Assembly: GCA_963737655.1 (NCBI GenBank)
Contig: CAVTTN010000002.1
Coordinates: 2,176,001 to 2,240,000, forward strand
Direction: 5' to 3'
Length of the DNA stretch: 64,000 nucleotides
Source of the DNA: an uncultured Planctomycetota bacterium
GTDB taxonomy: Bacteria; Planctomycetota; Planctomycetia; Isosphaerales; Isosphaeraceae
Part shown: piece after piece, positions 52,301-61,600 of the stretch
Position numbering within the stretch: the first letter of the stretch is position 1
Layout: each line of letters opens with the position of its first letter
The notes under the pieces: generated by a model
Told to the model about the DNA's origin: nothing
What the model saw: only the letters and a program-made list of their open reading frames with translations
The model's database searches: none
Made by a program: the position numbers and the translations under genes

Positions 52301-55299
52301 CCGCCCTTCGAGGCGACGGGCATCCGGTTGTTCTGGAGGACGAACATGACCTGGAACAGAGGCGAGCGGCTCGGGTCTCTCGGCGGCTTCAGGGCCTCGA
52401 CGAGCTGATCGAAGGGGAGATCCTGATGCTCATAGGCCCCCAGGGCCGTTTCCTTCACGAGGGAGAGGAGGTCGCGGAACGTCGGGTCGCCGGAGAGATC
52501 ACATCGCAGGACCAACATGTTGACAAAATAGCCGATGATCCCCTCGAACTCCGCCCGGTTCCTCCCGGCGATGGGGGAGCCGACGGCGATGTCGACCTGG
52601 CCGCTGGAGCGATGCAGGAGCGTCTGGAACGCGGCGAGGAGCGTCATGTACGGCGTCACGCCCTCGCGTCGGGAGAGCGCCTCGACCTTCGCGTTCAGCT
52701 CCTTCGGCAGGGTGAAGAAGACCGACGCCCCCTGCGAGGACCGTTCGATGGGCCGGGGGCGGTCGGTGGGCAGGTCGAGCGGCTCGAGGCCATCGAGCCG
52801 CTTCATCCAGTAGTCCAGGAGCCGTTGGCGGACGTCTCCCGAGAGCCACCGGCGTTGCCAGTCGGCGAAGTCCGCGTACTGGACGGGCAAATCGGGCAGG
52901 GGCGAGGGGCGTCCTCGCGAGAAGGCTTGATAGAGGGAGGAAAGCTCCCCGGCCGCGACGCCCATCGACCATCCGTCGGTGATGATGTGATGCATCGTCA
53001 GGAGGACGGCGTGTTCCTCGCCGGAGAGCCTCACGAGAGCCGCCCGGACGAGAGGGCCGGCCTCGAGGTCGAACGGTCGGTGCAGCTCTCGCGAGGCGAC
53101 CCGCGCCGTCTCCGCCTCGCGATCGGCGGCCGGGACGTCCGCGAGGTCGATCGTCGGCAAGGGGAATTCGCCGGGATCGCCCAGGACCTGGACGGGCCGG
53201 CCGTCGTCGAGGGCGAACGTGGTCCTCAACGACTCGTGGCGGCGGACGATCTCGGCGAAGGCGCGTCGGAGGGCCTCGACGTCCAGGGGGCCGCGGACCG
53301 TCACGGCGGCCGTGACGTGGAACGTCGGCTCGCCCGGGGCGAGGCGATCGAGGAACCACAAGGCCCTCTGGGCAAACGAGGCCGGGACCCTCCGGCCTCG
53401 ATCGACCCGCTCGATCGCCGGTCCGTCGCCGGCCCGAGAGCCTCGCTCCAGCCGTTCGGCCAGCGCGGCGACGGTCGTGGCCTCGAACAGGGCCCGCACG
53501 GGGAGTTCGATCCCCCTGAGTTCGCGGAGCCGCGAGACGACCCGAGTGGCCAGCAACGAATGGCCGCCGAGCGCGAAGAAGTCGTCGAGGGCCCCGATGC
53601 GATCCCGCCCAAGGACCTCCGACCACGCCCTCGCCACGGCCTCTTCCGCTTCGGTGCGGGGCGGGACGAAGACGACCTCGCGGACGTCGTCGGGCTCGGG
53701 CAAGGCCCGGCGATCCACCTTGCCGTGGGCCGTCAGAGGGATCGTCGTGAGCGCGAGGAAGGTCGAGGGGACCATGTAATCGGGCAAGCTCATCTTGAGC
53801 CATGCCCGCAGCTCGGACCCGCCCGGCGCCGGCTCGATCGCCGGGACGAGGTAGGCCGTCAAGCGCGTCTCATCGGGGGAGACTTCCCTCGGAACGACCA
53901 CCGCCTCGGCCACCCCCGGATGCTTCGCCAACGCCGATTCGATCTCGCCGAGCTCGACGCGGAACCCGCGGATTTTCACCTGTTCATCGGCTCGTCCGAG
54001 ATATTCGACCTCGCCGTCTGGGCGGCGGCGGGCCAGGTCGCCCGAACGATACATCCTCGCGCCGGGCTGGCGAGCGAACGGATCGGGGAGGAACCGCTCG
54101 GCCGTCAGCCCCGGGCGATTCAGATATCCTCGCGCCACCCCGGCGCCCCCGACGAAGATCTCGCCGGTCACCCCGGGAGGGACCGGCTTGAGCCACCGAT
54201 CGAGCAGATACAGGCGCAAATCGGGGATCGGCCGGCCGATCGGGCTGGAGCCGGCGAAGGCGTCGAGGTCGCCTCGCGAGATCGGCCGATAGGTGACGTG
54301 GACCGTGGTTTCGGTGATCCCATACATGTTGATGATCTGTGGCGAGGCGTCGCCGTGGCGTTCGATCCAGGGCCGGAGCGACTGCAGCTCCAGGGCCTCG
54401 CCGCCGAAGATGACGAACCGGAGGGCCAGGTCGGCCGGCGAGCCGCCGGATTCGAGGTCGGTCCGGATCAATTGGCGGAAGGCCGAAGGGGTCTGGTTCA
54501 GGACCGTCACGCCCTCGTCGCGGAGCAGCTTGTGGAACGCCTCGGCCGACCGGCCGATGTCGAGCGGGACGACCACGAGCCGGCCTCCGTGGCGGAGGGC
54601 GCCCCAGATCTCCCAGACCGAGAAGTCGAAGGCGAACGAGTGGAACAGGGTCCAGACGTCGTCCGGCCCGAATCCGAACCACGGCTTCGTGGCCGTGAAC
54701 AGCCGGGAGACGTTCGCATGGGTGACCGGGACGCCTTTGGGACGCCCGGTCGATCCCGAGGTGTAGATCACATACGCGAGGTCTTCGGGTCGAGACGCGA
54801 TCACCGGGGGCGATGCCATGCTCGGTGCGTCGTCCAGCCAGACCACCTTCGCCTCGTGCTGGGGCATCCGGTCTTTCAGCGATGGGTCGGCGAGGAGGAC
54901 CGGCACGGCCGAGTCTTCCAGGACCATGCCGACCCGTTCCGACGGATAGATCGGGTCGAGTGGCACATAGGCGCCCCCGGCCTTGAGGATGCCGAGGATG
55001 CCGACGACCATCCTCGCCGACCTCTCGGCGAAGAGGCCGACGAGCGAGCCGGGACCGATGCCGAGCTCGACCAGGCGATGGGCCACGGAGTTGGCCCGGG
55101 CGTCGAGCTCGGCGTAGGAGATCGAGGCGCCGCCGAACGTGAGCGCCGGGGCGTCGGGCCGGCGCGTAACCTGGGTCTCGAACGAGCGGTGGAGGCACTC
55201 GGGCCTGGCTCTCCTCGAGCCATCCTTGAGGCGACGTTCGAGGAGCGAGGGGGCGTCGTCGTTCGGCCGGTCGGGGGCCCGGCGGGCGGTGCTAGTCAT
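49384..55299 (-). CDS. Terminal NRPS: A(Thr)-T-C-A(basic residue?)-T-TE
   Basis: Two A domains, GGHSL T motifs, HHIITDGWS, TE GWSLGG; hand-read codes DFWNIGMVHK and DIEDVGTIIK. Confidence 0.95.
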   Translation of the reverse strand: MTSTARRAPDRPNDDAPSLLERRLKDGSRRARPECLHRSFETQVTRRPDAPALTFGGASISYAELDARANSVAHRLVELGIGPGSLVGLFAERSARMVVGILGILKAGGAYVPLDPIYPSERVGMVLEDSAVPVLLADPSLKDRMPQHEAKVVWLDDAPSMASPPVIASRPEDLAYVIYTSGSTGRPKGVPVTHANVSRLFTATKPWFGFGPDDVWTLFHSFAFDFSVWEIWGALRHGGRLVVVPLDIGRSAEAFHKLLRDEGVTVLNQTPSAFRQLIRTDLESGGSPADLALRFVIFGGEALELQSLRPWIERHGDASPQIINMYGITETTVHVTYRPISRGDLDAFAGSSPIGRPIPDLRLYLLDRWLKPVPPGVTGEIFVGGAGVARGYLNRPGLTAERFLPDPFARQPGARMYRSGDLARRRPDGEVEYLGRADEQVKIRGFRVELGEIESALAKHPGVAEAVVVPREVSPDETRLTAYLVPAIEPAPGGSELRAWLKMSLPDYMVPSTFLALTTIPLTAHGKVDRRALPEPDDVREVVFVPPRTEAEEAVARAWSEVLGRDRIGALDDFFALGGHSLLATRVVSRLRELRGIELPVRALFEATTVAALAERLERGSRAGDGPAIERVDRGRRVPASFAQRALWFLDRLAPGEPTFHVTAAVTVRGPLDVEALRRAFAEIVRRHESLRTTFALDDGRPVQVLGDPGEFPLPTIDLADVPAADREAETARVASRELHRPFDLEAGPLVRAALVRLSGEEHAVLLTMHHIITDGWSMGVAAGELSSLYQAFSRGRPSPLPDLPVQYADFADWQRRWLSGDVRQRLLDYWMKRLDGLEPLDLPTDRPRPIERSSQGASVFFTLPKELNAKVEALSRREGVTPYMTLLAAFQTLLHRSSGQVDIAVGSPIAGRNRAEFEGIIGYFVNMLVLRCDLSGDPTFRDLLSLVKETALGAYEHQDLPFDQLVEALKPPRDPSRSPLFQVMFVLQNNRMPVASKGGLSLDSLRVDEGPGTAKFDLSLALEESDGALVGSFEYRTDLFDQPTISAMVDRLACLLKAAVDEPETRISRLPLGPTPPPMAGPVVPIADLGVHELFEKQALATPDGLALAWDGGTLSYAELNVRANRLANRLRARGVVRGSFVGVALERRPELAVALLAVLKAGGAFVPLDTGFPRERLARTLEDARAKLAITRGDLLETATALLHLDADAEAIERQPGGDLSPIATLDDPAYVLYTSGSTGTPKGAIVSHRGLVNHNLAAIDLFGLAPGDRVGQVASVSFDIALEEMFPAWVCGATVVQRPDDAVLDPVRFLRWVADERITVLDLPTSYWHVWVEALDRLGLELPETLRLVVVGGEAALPAAYATWKVLAGDRVRWINTYGPTETSIIATAFEPRDTETPDALPIGRPIANVRAMVLDEDLRPVAQGLPGELFLAGECVGGGYVGRRAMTAERFLPDPSSPRPGARMFRTGDRVRVRRDGQIEFLGRVDRQVKVRGFRVEPGDVETALMSHPEISAAIVVARKDDLGENRLDAYFVARNEASAAELRAFLGKKLPRHLIPSTITPLEALPMTLTGKIDRRALPPPQEQAGSSGDSVAPRDEVERRLAAIWGEVLDVASVGVTESFFDLGGHSLAAVRLTARIAEAFGRELPLASLFLGATIADQAARLREVPTGDEPWSPLVPIQPEGQEPPFFCVHPAGGIVYCFRELAMRLAPDRPFFGLQAAGLDGTSPPLNRLEDMAASYVEAIRRHRPEGPYHLGGWSLGGLVAFEMARQLASAGETVASLALIDIQAPTVGDGRDASARGLTGMDADFASLGLFGSGDAIDPGLLAEFLADLGVGSAREARRLVAKLKAMDADSRRGRVLSLFGLDQVYQLDAGPERAGRLWDVLRANYLAGKRYSPGLYAGRATVFRASKRPGALVDPTLGWSSLVEGGVNVVTVPGDHASILRSPGVERLAESLRMMLGGAS

Positions 55300-58200
55300 C
55301 GATCGGGAGGTCCTCGGGAGATAGGGTCGAGAGCATCTCGTCGAGCTCCTCGTCGGTCAGCCCGTCGAGGACGGCCGGGGACTCCTCCTCGCCCCACGAG
55401 CCGAGCATCCTCCGCGTCTCCTCCTCGCTCAGCATCGTCAGTTCTCCGATCGCGCCGTCGGGCTGGGCCACGATCGATTCCAGGAGCCTCCGGAAGTGGC
55501 CGAGCATCCGGTCGATGGTCGCCGGGTCGAACAGATCGGAGGCGTACTCCATCCTCGCCACGGGCCCGCGCTCGTCCTCGGAGACCGACAGCGTGAGGTC
55601 GAACTTCGCCGTACCGCTATCGATGTCCATCGGCGAGAGCGTCAACTCGGGCGATTCCAGCGGCGGCATCGGGGCGTTCTGGAGGACGAACATGACCTGG
55701 AACAGCGGCGTCCGGCTCGGGTCCCGGGCCGGGTGCAAGACGCCGACGAGGCCATCGAACGGGAGGTCTTGATGGGCGTAGGCGCCCAGCGCCTCGCGAC
55801 GGACCCTCGCCAGGAGCTCGCGGAAGCTCGGCTCGCCGGTGACGTTCGCCCGAAGCACCAGGGTGTTGACGAAGAAGCCGATCAGGTTTTCCGTCTCCGA
55901 GCGGTTCCGCCCGGCGATCGGCGAACCGACGGCGAAATCGTCCTGGCCGCTATAGCGATGGAGCAAGACCTGGAAGGCGGCCAACAGCGTCATGAACGGC
56001 GTGGCGCCCTCGCTCCTCGACAGCGATCGGACGCCGTCCATCAACTCCTTCGACAGGGCCGACGCGCGGATTCCGCCCCGCTGAGAGAGGATCGCCGGCC
56101 TCGGCCGATCGGTCGGAACCTCCAGGGCCGGGACGCCGGAGAGCCGGCCGGTCCAGTAGTCGAGTTGCTTCCGGAGGACGTCTCCCCGGAGCCAGTCGCG
56201 TTGCCACGCGGCGAAGTCGGCATATTGAAGGGGCGAGTCGGGCAGGGGCGACGGCTCCCCTCGTCGGAAGGCATCATAGAGGGCGGCCACCTCGCGGATC
56301 AGGACGCCGATCGACCAGCCGTCGGAGGCGATGTGGTGCATCGTCACCAGAGCCACGTTCTCGCGATCGGCCAGCTTCAAGAGCCGGGCGCGGAGCATCG
56401 GTCCCTTCGACAGGTCGAATGGCCGGCGGGCCTCGTCCGCCAGCCTTCGGAGGACCTCCCCGTCTCGATCCGCCTCCGGCACGGCCGAGAGGTCGTCAAT
56501 CGGCAGGGGGAAATCGCCGGCCTGGACGATGACCTGGAACGGCACGCCGCCCCGGGCCTCGAACGTGGTGCGGAGGACCTCATGACGGCGGACGATTTCG
56601 CCCAGGGCCGTCTCCAGCGCCGAAACGTCGAGATCGCCGGAGAGCCGGACGGCCGTGGGGATGTTGTACGTCGCGCGGCCCGGCTCCAACTGGTCGAGGA
56701 ACCACAATCGTTGCTGAGCGAACGAGGAAGGCAGAGGACCGTCTCGCGACACCCGGGCGATCGCCGGGGCGTTCAGGCCGGTCCCGGCGGTCAACTCCTT
56801 CTCGATCAGGCGGCCGAGGCTGGCGACCGTGGCGTTGTCGAGGAAATCCTTGAGCGACGGCTCCACCGCGAACACGTCGCGGAGCCTCGCCAGAAGCTGC
56901 GTTGCGAACAGCGAATGGCCGCCGAGCTCGAAGAAGTTGTCGAAGATGCCCACGCGATCGACGCCCAGGAGCTCGGCCCACATCCCGACCAGCGCCGCCT
57001 CGATCGGCCCCCGGGGCGGCACATAGGCGGCGGCCGTCGGCCCCCGGGATGCCGACGGGTCGGGCAGGGCATTGCGATCGACCTTGCCGTTGGGCGTCAG
57101 GGGCAACGCATCGAGGATCACGAACGCCGAGGGGACCATGTATTCCGGGAGCGACTCCGCCAGTACCGAGCGGATCTCGGCGAAGTTCGGCGCGGCGTCG
57201 GGTCGAGGGACGAGGTAGGCGACCAGCCGTTTCTCTCCCATCGCGTCGTCTCGGGCGGAGACCACGGCCTGGGCCACGCCGTCGCGACCGGCCAGCGCGG
57301 CCTCGATCTCCCCGAGCTCGACCCGGAATCCCCGGATCTTGACCTGATGATCCGACCGGCCGAGGCATTCGAGCGAGCCATCGGGCCGCCACCGGGCCAT
57401 GTCGCCGGTGCGGTAGAGCCGGCCTCCCGGCGTCGCGGCGAACGGGTCGGGCCCGAACCGCTCGGCCGTGAATCCCGGCCGGTTCAGGTAGCCGCGAGCC
57501 AGGCCGGCGCCTCCGATGAACAGCTCGCCGGCCACGCCCATCGGCACCGGGCGGAACCGGCCGTCGAGGACGTACATTTGCGTCTTCGGGATCGGTCGAC
57601 CGATCGTGACCGGCCCCTCGCCCGGCTCAACCTTCGCCGCCGACGACCAGATGGTCGTCTCCGTCGGTCCGTACAGGTTCCACAGGGCCCGTCCCTTCGG
57701 CAACAGTCGATCGGCGAGGTCTCTCGGCAGCGCCTCTCCTCCGCAGAGGATGGATAGCTCGGGACGGCCGGTCCACCCGCCTTCAAGCAAGAGCCGCCAG
57801 GTCGCTGGGGTGGCCTGCATCATTCCGATCCGGTCGCGTTCGAGCCGGGCGATCAGGCGGGGGGCGTCGGCCGCCTCCTCGCGAGAGGCGATCTCCACCT
57901 TCGCGCCGACGGTGAGAGGCAAATACATCTCCAGGGCCGCGATGTCGAACGAGAGCGTGGTCACCGCGAGTAGCGTGTCGGCGGCCGAAGGAGTCAGGAT
58001 CTCCCGCATCCCCTTCAGGAAGTCCCTCAGAGACCCGTGCTCGACCATCACGCCCTTCGGCTTGCCCGTCGAGCCCGAGGTGTAGATCACATAAGCAAGG
58101 TTGTTCGCCTTCGCCCCTCCGGGCAGATTTTCGACGGAGAATTCGCCCAGGCCGTCCCAGTCCGAGTCGAGCCTGACGACGTCCCGGCCCTCGATTGGCA

Positions 58201-58636
58201 GCGATTCGAGGAGGGCGGTCTCGGTCACGAGGATCTTGGCCTCGGAGTCGTCGAGCATGAAGGCCAGGCGGTCCGGCGGGTAGATCGGGTCGAGCGGGAC
58301 GTACGCGCCTCCCGCCTTGAGAATCCCGAGCAACCCCACCATCATCGACGCCGACCGGCCGACGAACAGCCCGACGAGCGTCTCCGGGCCGACGCCTCGC
58401 TGACGGAGGAGCCGGGCGAGTCGATTCGACCGCTCGTTCAGCTCGCGATAGCTCAGCGAGGCCTGGCCGTCGGAGACGGCCGGAGCGTCGGGCGATCTTG
58501 CCGCCTGGGCTTCGATCGCGCGATGGACCAGCGCCTCGGCGGTCCCGGAGGCTTTTTTCTCCCTGAGCAGCCGGGCGACGAGGGCACGCTTCTCGTCCGG
58601 CGTCATCTCGGAGGTCGGCTTGGTGATCTGACTCAC
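55292..58636 (-). CDS. NRPS: A(Gly)-T-C
   Basis: GTG start overlapping the upstream TGA; N-terminal TPDEKRALVARLL; code DILQLGLIWK; GGHSL; HHIASDGWS. Confidence 0.85.
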   Translation of the reverse strand: MSQITKPTSEMTPDEKRALVARLLREKKASGTAEALVHRAIEAQAARSPDAPAVSDGQASLSYRELNERSNRLARLLRQRGVGPETLVGLFVGRSASMMVGLLGILKAGGAYVPLDPIYPPDRLAFMLDDSEAKILVTETALLESLPIEGRDVVRLDSDWDGLGEFSVENLPGGAKANNLAYVIYTSGSTGKPKGVMVEHGSLRDFLKGMREILTPSAADTLLAVTTLSFDIAALEMYLPLTVGAKVEIASREEAADAPRLIARLERDRIGMMQATPATWRLLLEGGWTGRPELSILCGGEALPRDLADRLLPKGRALWNLYGPTETTIWSSAAKVEPGEGPVTIGRPIPKTQMYVLDGRFRPVPMGVAGELFIGGAGLARGYLNRPGFTAERFGPDPFAATPGGRLYRTGDMARWRPDGSLECLGRSDHQVKIRGFRVELGEIEAALAGRDGVAQAVVSARDDAMGEKRLVAYLVPRPDAAPNFAEIRSVLAESLPEYMVPSAFVILDALPLTPNGKVDRNALPDPSASRGPTAAAYVPPRGPIEAALVGMWAELLGVDRVGIFDNFFELGGHSLFATQLLARLRDVFAVEPSLKDFLDNATVASLGRLIEKELTAGTGLNAPAIARVSRDGPLPSSFAQQRLWFLDQLEPGRATYNIPTAVRLSGDLDVSALETALGEIVRRHEVLRTTFEARGGVPFQVIVQAGDFPLPIDDLSAVPEADRDGEVLRRLADEARRPFDLSKGPMLRARLLKLADRENVALVTMHHIASDGWSIGVLIREVAALYDAFRRGEPSPLPDSPLQYADFAAWQRDWLRGDVLRKQLDYWTGRLSGVPALEVPTDRPRPAILSQRGGIRASALSKELMDGVRSLSRSEGATPFMTLLAAFQVLLHRYSGQDDFAVGSPIAGRNRSETENLIGFFVNTLVLRANVTGEPSFRELLARVRREALGAYAHQDLPFDGLVGVLHPARDPSRTPLFQVMFVLQNAPMPPLESPELTLSPMDIDSGTAKFDLTLSVSEDERGPVARMEYASDLFDPATIDRMLGHFRRLLESIVAQPDGAIGELTMLSEEETRRMLGSWGEEESPAVLDGLTDEELDEMLSTLSPEDLPIDD

Positions 58637-61600
58637 GTCTCGGTCCCCGATTCGAGGAGGCGTTCGATCAAGGCATCGAGCTCCGGCCGAAAGCCGGGCC
58701 GTGGCGTCGGCATCCGCCGTGCCGGGGGCGCTCCAACGCCCCAGTTGCTCGCGCTCCGCCTCGGTCATCATGGAGAGGTCGCCGACCCGGCGGTGCGGGT
58801 CGGCGGCGAGGGATTCCAGCAGGATCTTGAGGTGGCCGAGCATCCGCCCGACCCCCTCGGCGTCGGCTTCCCGCGGGTCGAACCCGAGTCGCAGGCCGAG
58901 CCCGTCGCCGGGGACGACCGTCAGGGTCAACGGATAATGCGTCATCTCCAGCACCCGGGCGTCCCGGACCCCCAGTCCTCCCGCGTTCGCCTTCAGGGCC
59001 TCGTCGATCGGGAAGTTCTCGAAGACGACGACGCTCCGATAGAGAGGGCGGCCACGGTGGACATCACTCCACGTTTGAACACTCACCGGCGGGCTGAATT
59101 CGTGGGGCAGGCGCTCGACCTGCGCCCGTTGCAAGGCCCGGAGCCACTCGACGGCCGGCGCGTCCTCGTCGATCCTAACGCGCAAGGGGATCGTATTGAT
59201 GAACATGCCCACCATCGTTTCGACGCCGGGGAGGTCCGCCGGTCGTCCTGCAACCGCCGCGCCAAAGACCACGTCCCCCCGGCCGGAATAGCGGCCCAGG
59301 ACGATGGCCCAGGCCCCCTGCGCGATCGTGCTGAGGGTGATCCGCTCGGCTCGGGCGAGGCTTTCGAGGACCTTCGTCGTCTCGGGATCCAGCACCGACG
59401 CCTCCTCGGGGAGGCCGATCGCCTCGGCCGGGGCCGACGGACCCTCGATCCCCAGCGGAGTTGGCTCCACGAACCCCGAGAGGGTACGTCTCCAGAAGGC
59501 TTCCGAGGCCGAAGAATCCCGAGTCCCGAGCCAGGCGAGGAAATCCCGGAACGGCCGGGCCCGCGGCAATTCGGCCGAGCGGCGCCTCTCGGCGATGGCC
59601 AGGACCTCGCCGAGCAGGATCGGCAGGCACCAGCCATCGACGATCATGTGATGAAAGCTCCACACCAGCCGGATACCCTCCTCGCCCGAGCGGATGAGCG
59701 TCAGGCGGAGCAACGGCGCGAGCGTGGGGACGAATCCGATGGAGCGGTCCCGGGCGAGGAACGCTTCGAGCCGATCGGCCCTCTCGGCGTCCGGGACGAG
59801 GTCCCAGTCGAGCCGATCGACGGGCAGCTCGGCCTCTCGAAAGACGACCTGGACCGGCCGATCGGTCTCGGCCCATCGGATCGCGGTCCGCAGCGCGGGG
59901 TGACGAGAGACGACCGTTTTCCAGGCGTCAACGAGGGCCTCCTCGTCGATCGTCCGGGGCAGGAGGCAGGTGAACTGGTCGATGTAGACGCCTGGCCGGT
60001 CGTCGTGGATCGAGTGGAAGAGCATGCCTTCCTGGACCGGCGAGAGCGGATAGGCGTCTTCGAGCGCCGGATCTTCGGCGAGGAGCCGATCCCTCAAGTG
60101 GGGGTCGGGATGGGGGAATTCCAAGGGCCCGCCCGGCCGATCGATCCGGGAGGCCGAGGCGGCGAGCCCGGCCACGGTCGGAAAGCGATACAGCTGAGAA
60201 GGCTTCAGGTCCAGCCCGGCGGACCTCGCCCGAGAGACGATCTGGATGCCGCGGATCGAGTCCATCCCGAGGCCGAACAGGTCGTCCTCGACGTCGACAT
60301 CCGCCACGCCGAGCACCTCGGCCACGATGGCCGCCAGGACCGCCTCGGCCGGGTCGCGAGGGCCGAGACCCAACCGGCGCGATCGGCTTCCCGAAACAAC
60401 GCTGGGCGCCGGGAGGAGACGACGATCGACCTTGCCATTGGCCGAGATCGGCAGCGAATCCAGGACCATCAACGACGAGGGGACCATCGGCTCGGGGAGG
60501 CGATCGCGGAGTTCCCGACGGAGGGCGTCGAGGTCGATCGACTCTCCGACGATCGGGACGACGTACCCGGCGAGCCGGCCGTCGTCGCGGACCGTCGCCA
60601 TCGCCGCCGAGATCCCGGGATGCGACCGCAAGGCCGCCTCGACCTCCGCCAGCTCGATCCGGTAGCCCCGGACCTTCACCTGATCGTCGCTTCGGCCGAG
60701 GAACTCGATGTCGCCCGAGGCCAGCCACCTCGCCCGATCGCCGGTGCGGAAGAGTCGCGCCCGGGCTCGGCCGAGAACGGGTCGCGGATGAACCGCTCGG
60801 CCGTCAGCTCGGGCTGGTTCCAGTACCCTCTCGCCACTCCGGGGCCGCCGACGAAAAGCTCGCCCAAGGCCCCGATCGGCACCGGCTCACGCCTCGCGTC
60901 GAGCACGTAAACGCGAGTTCCCGGCAACGGCCGGCCGATCGGCGCCACGGAACCGGCCGGTCTGTTGTCCAAAGAGCCTTCGAAAAACGTGCTATCGATC
61001 GTCGCTTCGGTCAATCCATACGAGTTCACGACCCGAGCCGTTCCGCCGAGGACTTGTCGGAACCTTTCGTGCGCACCGCATCGCCAGAGGTCCGAACCGA
61101 CCGCGACGAGCTTCAGCGGCCCCAGTCGTCGGCCGGTTCGTTCGAGGAAATCGACCAGCGGCTCGGCCACGGCCGGGACGAATTCGGCGAATTCGATCCG
61201 CTCGCGAACGATCAGATCGGCGAGTGCCTCGGGGTCGAGCAGGACGTCCCTCGGGCAAGAGACGAGGCACCCGCCCGAGGCCAGGGCGCGGACCCAATCG
61301 CCGGTGAAGACGTCGAAGGCGCCTCCGGCCATCTGGAGATGGCGCCTCGGGCCGTCGGCGAGGCGGTACGCCTCTTCCCAGGCCCGGAAGGCGTGGGCGA
61401 GGCTCTCATGCTCCACCATCACGCCCTTGGGCCGGCCCGACGAGCCCGAGGTGAAGATCACGTAAGCGAGATGCCTCGGCTCGGCGCTCCCGGCAGGAGG
61501 TTCGCAGGGTTGCGACTCGATCGCGAGGCGGTCGGCTTCCAGGTGGACGACCCGGCCGAGGAAGCCTCCGAGTCGGTCACTCGACGCCCTCTCCACGATC

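Noticed and set aside
55292..60679. 1795-aa ORF as one NRPS
   Set aside because: It starts in the middle of an A domain because of the 60760 frameshift and likely fuses two genes at about 58695
52426..60910. Long plus-strand ORFs (1056, 753 and 957 aa) and similar antisense ORFs elsewhere
   Set aside because: They mirror real genes on the opposite strand; stop-poor frames are expected at this GC content and they carry no motifs
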